Notes under the pieces: generated by a model
What the model saw: only the letters and a program-made list of their open reading frames with translations
What the model was told of the DNA's origin: nothing
Databases searched by the model: none
In this document: in pieces, positions 59,725 through 64,000 of the stretch
How positions within the stretch are numbered: the first letter of the stretch is position 1
Layout of the letters: the number at the start of each line of letters is the position of its first letter
NCBI GenBank assembly: GCA_004431415.1
Contig: QPMI01000036.1
Coordinates: forward strand, 310,001-374,000
From: Cyanophora paradoxa CCMP329
Lineage: Eukaryota; Plantae; Glaucophyta
DNA length: 64,000 bases
Reading direction: 5' to 3'
Translations under genes and position numbers: made by a program

Positions 59725-62700
59725 TCAGAAGGCGGTCTTGCAGAGGGGGCATTCGCTCTTGTGCGACGTCGAGAACCACTTGTACTGCGCGGGGCCTCAG
59801 CTGCGGCGGGGGCCAGCAGCGGCGGGGCCGGGGGCGGGGCGGGGGCGGACGAGGCAGGCGGAGTGGAACTTGTGCTTGCAGGTCTTGCAGGCGAGGCGGG
59901 GGAGGGCGTGGCTGGTGACGTGGAGGATCTGGTAGCAGATGGGGCACTCCTCGACCCCCTCGAACTGCCGGTCCAGCGCCTCCTTCCACAGCGCCACCGC
60001 CTCCACCAGCGTCCCCTCCTGCGCAGCACCACACGCGCCTCGCCCGGCGCCGGCTCCGAGGGGCGCGCAGGGGGCGCGCCTGGTTGGAGATGAGGGTCGT
60101 CATCGCGAGGAGCCACTTGCGCCAGCGGCCCTCCGGCACCCCGACCCGCTTCGAGCCTGCCCACCCTCAGCGCGCCGCCCCGCAGCGGGGCGCCCGGCGG
60201 GGGGCGCCGCGCACTCTCCACGGAGACGGGGCGGAGCGGGTACGAGGGCGGGAGCCGCAGCACGACCTGTGGAGGCGAGTGAGCCGCGGGGCGCGAGCCA
60301 ACCGGGCCGGCCGGCCGGCCCCGCCCCGCGCCCCGGGCACCTCGACGGCGGCCTCGTCCTTCACGTACGTCGCCGTCACCTGCGCCGGCGCCCGTGCCGC
60401 TGAGCGCGGCGAGGGCCCGGGGCGGGGCGGGGCGGGGCGGGGCGGGTGGGGGCGCGCCTCGCGGCCGGCGACGGAGCCGCGGACGCGGAAATCGGCCCCG
60501 AAGCGGTCCGCCGCCTGCGGTCGCGTCAGCCTCAACGAGCAAAGGCAGAGGCGGGCCGGGCGGGGGCGGGGGTGCCTGGGCGGCGGCGACGGCGGCCATC
60601 TCGCGGGCGAGGAGCCGCCCCGCCGCCCCCGCCGTCGTGTGCCGCTCCACGGCCGCCGCCCGCTGCCGGTCCCGCAGCTCCTCCGTCCACCAGCCCCGCA
60701 CCGCCGCCGGCAGCGCCTCCAGCGCCCGCGCGTACAGCTCCCCCGCGTACGCGCCCCGCGGGCCCCACGCGTCCGCCTCCCCCGCCGCCTCCTTCCGCTC
60801 CCGCGAAGGAGCCGGGATGGCGTCGAAGAGGGCGCTGAGGAAGGGCCCGAGGGTGCGCTGCCGGCGGGAGCGGAGGGCGGCGGCGAGCTCGCGGCGGCGG
60901 GCGCGGAGGCCGCCCGTGGCGAGGTCCTCGAGGACGAGGTCCCAGGCGAGCAGGTAGCCCCGCCGCGCCGCCGCCGCCTCCGGCGCCTCCCCCTCCCCTT
61001 CCCCCTCGTCGTCGTCCTCGTCGGGGAGGGGCGGGGGCCCTGCCTCGAGGAGGCGGACGAGCTCGGGGGCGAGGAGGGCCTCCAGGCGGGCCCCGGCCTC
61101 CTCCGCCTCCGCCTCCCGCAGCTCCGCCGCCACGTCCACCTCTCCCTCCCCGCCCCCCCGCCCCGCCTCCGGCAGCGGCACCAGCGCCCGCGCGTCGTTC
61201 TCCTCCCGCACCATCCGCCGCAGCAGGCCGAACGCGAACCGCTGCGCCGCCTCGCACGGGCTGCAGAGCAGCCCGTACAGGCCCCGCGCCGCCGGGTGCG
61301 TGCGCGCCGCGGCGAGGGGCAGCTCGCCGGCGGCGCGCGCGAGGTCGCCGGCGAGGGGCCCCGCCCAGCGCCCCCCGAGCCGCCCCAGGGGCCCCCGCAG
61401 AGGAGCCCGAAGAGGGCGGCGAGGGCGGCGGCGCGGGCGGCGGCCGCCTCGGGGTCGCCCTGCGGCAGCTGGGGCGCGAGGCGGGCGACGAGGGCGAGGA
61501 GCGTGGCGCCGGCGGCGCGCTCGCGGGGGCAGGGGGCGGCGAGGGCGGCGGCCCCGAGGCGGCCCAGGCCTCGCAGGCGGGGCCCAGCGCGGCGGCGAGC
61601 TCGGCGGGGAGCGGGGCGGCGGGTCCGAGGCGGCGAGGAGGGCCGCCCGGCAGAGGGCCCCGTCCCGCAGCGCGTGCGCCCCGGCGCGCGCCTCCCGCCG
61701 CCCCGCCACCCGCGCCAGCGCCGCCAGCGGCTCCAGCGAGAGCGACTCGCGAAGGGCGAGGGGCGCGCCGCGGCCGCGGACCCCGTAGCAGGCGGCGAGG
61801 GCGTCGGCGAGGCGGCGGAGGGCGGCGGGGGCCGGCAGCGGGCCCGTGCCCGCGAGGGCCGCCTCGGAGGCCCGCAGGAGCGAGTCGCGCGCGGGGACGG
61901 CCGCCGCGTCGCGCCGCAGCGACGGCAGGAGCGCGCACACCGCGTCCGCCCCGCGTCCGCCCCCGCCCCGCCCGCCGCCGCCTCCTCCGCCGCCTCCGCG
62001 CACGCCGCGGCGACGGCCTCGGCCGCCCAGTCGCCGGCGGGGGCGGCGAGGGCGGGGGCGGCGAGGAGGGCGGCGGCGCGGGCGGCGGGGCCGCCGCAGC
62101 GGCGGGCGAGGGCAAGGGCGGCGGCGAGGGCGTCGCGGGCGTACGCGTCGCTGGCCGCCGCGCGCTCCTCCCACGCGGCCGCGAGCGCCGGCGGCCAGAA
62201 GGCCGCCCCGGGGGAACCGAAGCCTCGGCGTCGCCGGGGTCGAGCGGGGAGAGGGCGGCGGGGTCCTCGGGCGGGGCGGCGGCGGGCGGGGCGCGGGCGC
62301 CCGCGGCGCACTCGGCGGCGGCGAGCTCGGCGGGGAGCCAGGGGCGGCCCTCGAGGAGGCCCCCAGGGCCGGCGAGGGGCGCCAGCGCCGCCGCGTACCG
62401 CGCGGCGCGGGCGTGCGGGGCGGAGCCGGGGCCGCCCTCCGCGCGCGCCGCCTCGAACTCGGCGTGGGAGGGGAGGAGGGCGTCGAGGGCGGGGCCCGGG
62501 GCGGGGCTGCAGCAGCCGAGCAGCTCGCCGGCCATCCCGCGCAGGCCTCCGGGGAGAGGGGCGACGCGGCGTCCAGCGCGGCGCCCCGTAGGCGAGCGGC
62601 GGAGGGACCCCAGAGGGCCGCGGCGAGGGGCGCGTCGCGGGCCACGCGCGCCGCCGCGGCCGTCCACGCGCTCGCCCAGGGGCCCGCCGCCCCGCCCGCC

Positions 62701-64000
62701 TCCCGCCCGAAGAAGAGCCGCTCTGCGGCGCGCCCGGTCGGCCGGGCGGCGGGGGCGGCGGGAGGGCGGGGCGGGGCGGGACGCACGGGCGATGTCGGCG
62801 CGGGCGGCGGCGAGGGCGGCACCGGGCCCGGCGGCGGCAACGCAGGCGGGGCGAGCTCGAGGGCGGCGGCGCGGGGCCCTTCGGCCCCGTCGAGGGCAGC
62901 GGCGACGGCGGCGAGGGCCCCGCACGCCGCCTCCTCCGATACCAGCGGCACCGCTGCGCCGGGAGGGGTCAGAGGCAGGGCGGGGCGGGGCGGGGCGGGC
63001 GGGGCGGACGGGGGTCGCCGAGGCCGGCGAGGCAGGCGGCGAGGGCGCGGCGGGGGCGGGGCCGGCGGCGGGGTCGAGGGCGGCGGGGAGGAGGCGGGCG
63101 GGGGCGGCCTCGAGGGCCGGGTGGCGCCAGTCGGCCCCGCGGGGAGGCGCTGGGCGGCGGCGAGGGCCCCGAGGAGGGCGGCGAGGGCCTCGGGCCGGGG
63201 CGCGGCGGCGGCGAGGGCGTCGCCCCACGCCGCCGGGTCCCGCCCCGCCAGCGCCAGCAGCAGCTCGCGGGCGAGCGGCGCGGCGGCGGCCGCCTCGGGC
63301 CCCGCGAGGGCGGGGAGCACGGCGGAGCGGAGGAGCTCGCCCGGCTCGCAGGCGCGGGCGGGGCCCACGGCCGCCAGCAGGTCCGCCGCGAGCGGCAGCA
63401 GCGCGGCGCCCCGGCACCGCGCCACCACCCGCCGCGCCAGCGCCGCCGGGGGTACGCCGCCGGGTCGCCATCGCCGGCCGCCGCCGCGGCCGCCGCGTCG
63501 CGCTTCTTGCAGCTCCGCTCCAGCGCCGCCAGGAACCGCGCCAGCCGCTTGCCTGCCGAGGGCGTCGGGCGCGAGGGGCGGGGGTGCGGGGTCGGTCGGG
63601 CTCGCGGGGGCACGCACGGAACTGCTCGGGCGGCGGGATGCGGCCGGTGTCGAGGCCGGCGGAGAGGGCCGGCAGCGCGGCCGCCCGCCGCTCCCGCCGC
63701 TTCGGCGCCGGAGCCGGAGCCGCCCCGTCCGCGCCGCCCGCCTGGGCGACGGGGGCCTCCGCCGCCGTCTCGGCCTCCTCCTCCTCCTCCGCCGCCGCCG
63801 CGGGCTTTGCCTCGGCCTCGGGCTCGGGCTGGGGCTCCGGGCGGGCCCGGGGCGCCGACGCAGCGCTCGAGGTAGGCGGCGAGGGCGGCGAGGGGCGGGG
63901 CGAGGGCGGCGCGGAGGGCGGGGGCGGGGCGGAGCGGGCCCAGGCGGCGGCGAGGGCGTCGGCGAGGCCCTCCGAGAGGGGCCCCTCGGGCAGCGCCGTC
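59725..64000 (-). CDS. LTN1: E3 ubiquitin ligase listerin, 3' part, multi-exon
   Basis: LPAAVRGWW, RWD-like VVLRLPPSYPLRPVSV, RWRKWLL, C-terminal RING FEGVEECPICYQILH..LPRLACKTCKHKFHSACL/YKWFSTSHKSECPLCKTAF*. Confidence 0.96.

Noticed and set aside
59649-63617. Single-exon 1322-aa ORF, and programmed frameshifting in LTN1/HEATR5
   Set aside because: The ORF drifts in and out of the true frame across introns; frame changes fall at G/C homopolymers and are best explained as consensus indel errors.

Overview
Gene-dense, extremely GC-rich eukaryotic nuclear DNA with many short (~50-110 bp) spliceosomal introns, a good share with GC donors. Most long six-frame ORFs are therefore spurious or read through introns. 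Plastid-type genes with Phe-containing transit-peptide starts (MAF.., MQRAFFV.., MQAGF..) plus flagellar genes suggest a flagellated alga, most like a glaucophyte (Cyanophora-like; inference). Genes recognised by motif: QRICH2/DUF4795-like, RETICULATA-related, BLOC1S4-like, WDR92, F-box/JmjC, YEATS4-like, RseP/ARASP protease, a PIP-box protein, a TPR protein, truncated HEATR5, a polycystin-2-type channel fused to two RyR repeats, a secreted Cys-repeat protein and listerin (LTN1). Most notable observations: (1) intergenic islands saturated with perfect overlapping palindromes, including a tandem repeat whose every interruption creates a palindrome; (2) alternating G-rich and C-rich blocks in synonymous codon positions, phased to splice sites; (3) a ~2.82-kb head-to-tail element array flanked by a ~1-kb duplication of its host gene; (4) the TRPP-RyR fusion channel; (5) two paralogous small, probably plastid-targeted hydrophilins with TATA promoters; (6) divergent gene pairs with only 52-63 bp between start codons. 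Region ~35.3-37.3 kb looks like a long-read misjoin. All calls come from reading the sequence; no database searches were run.
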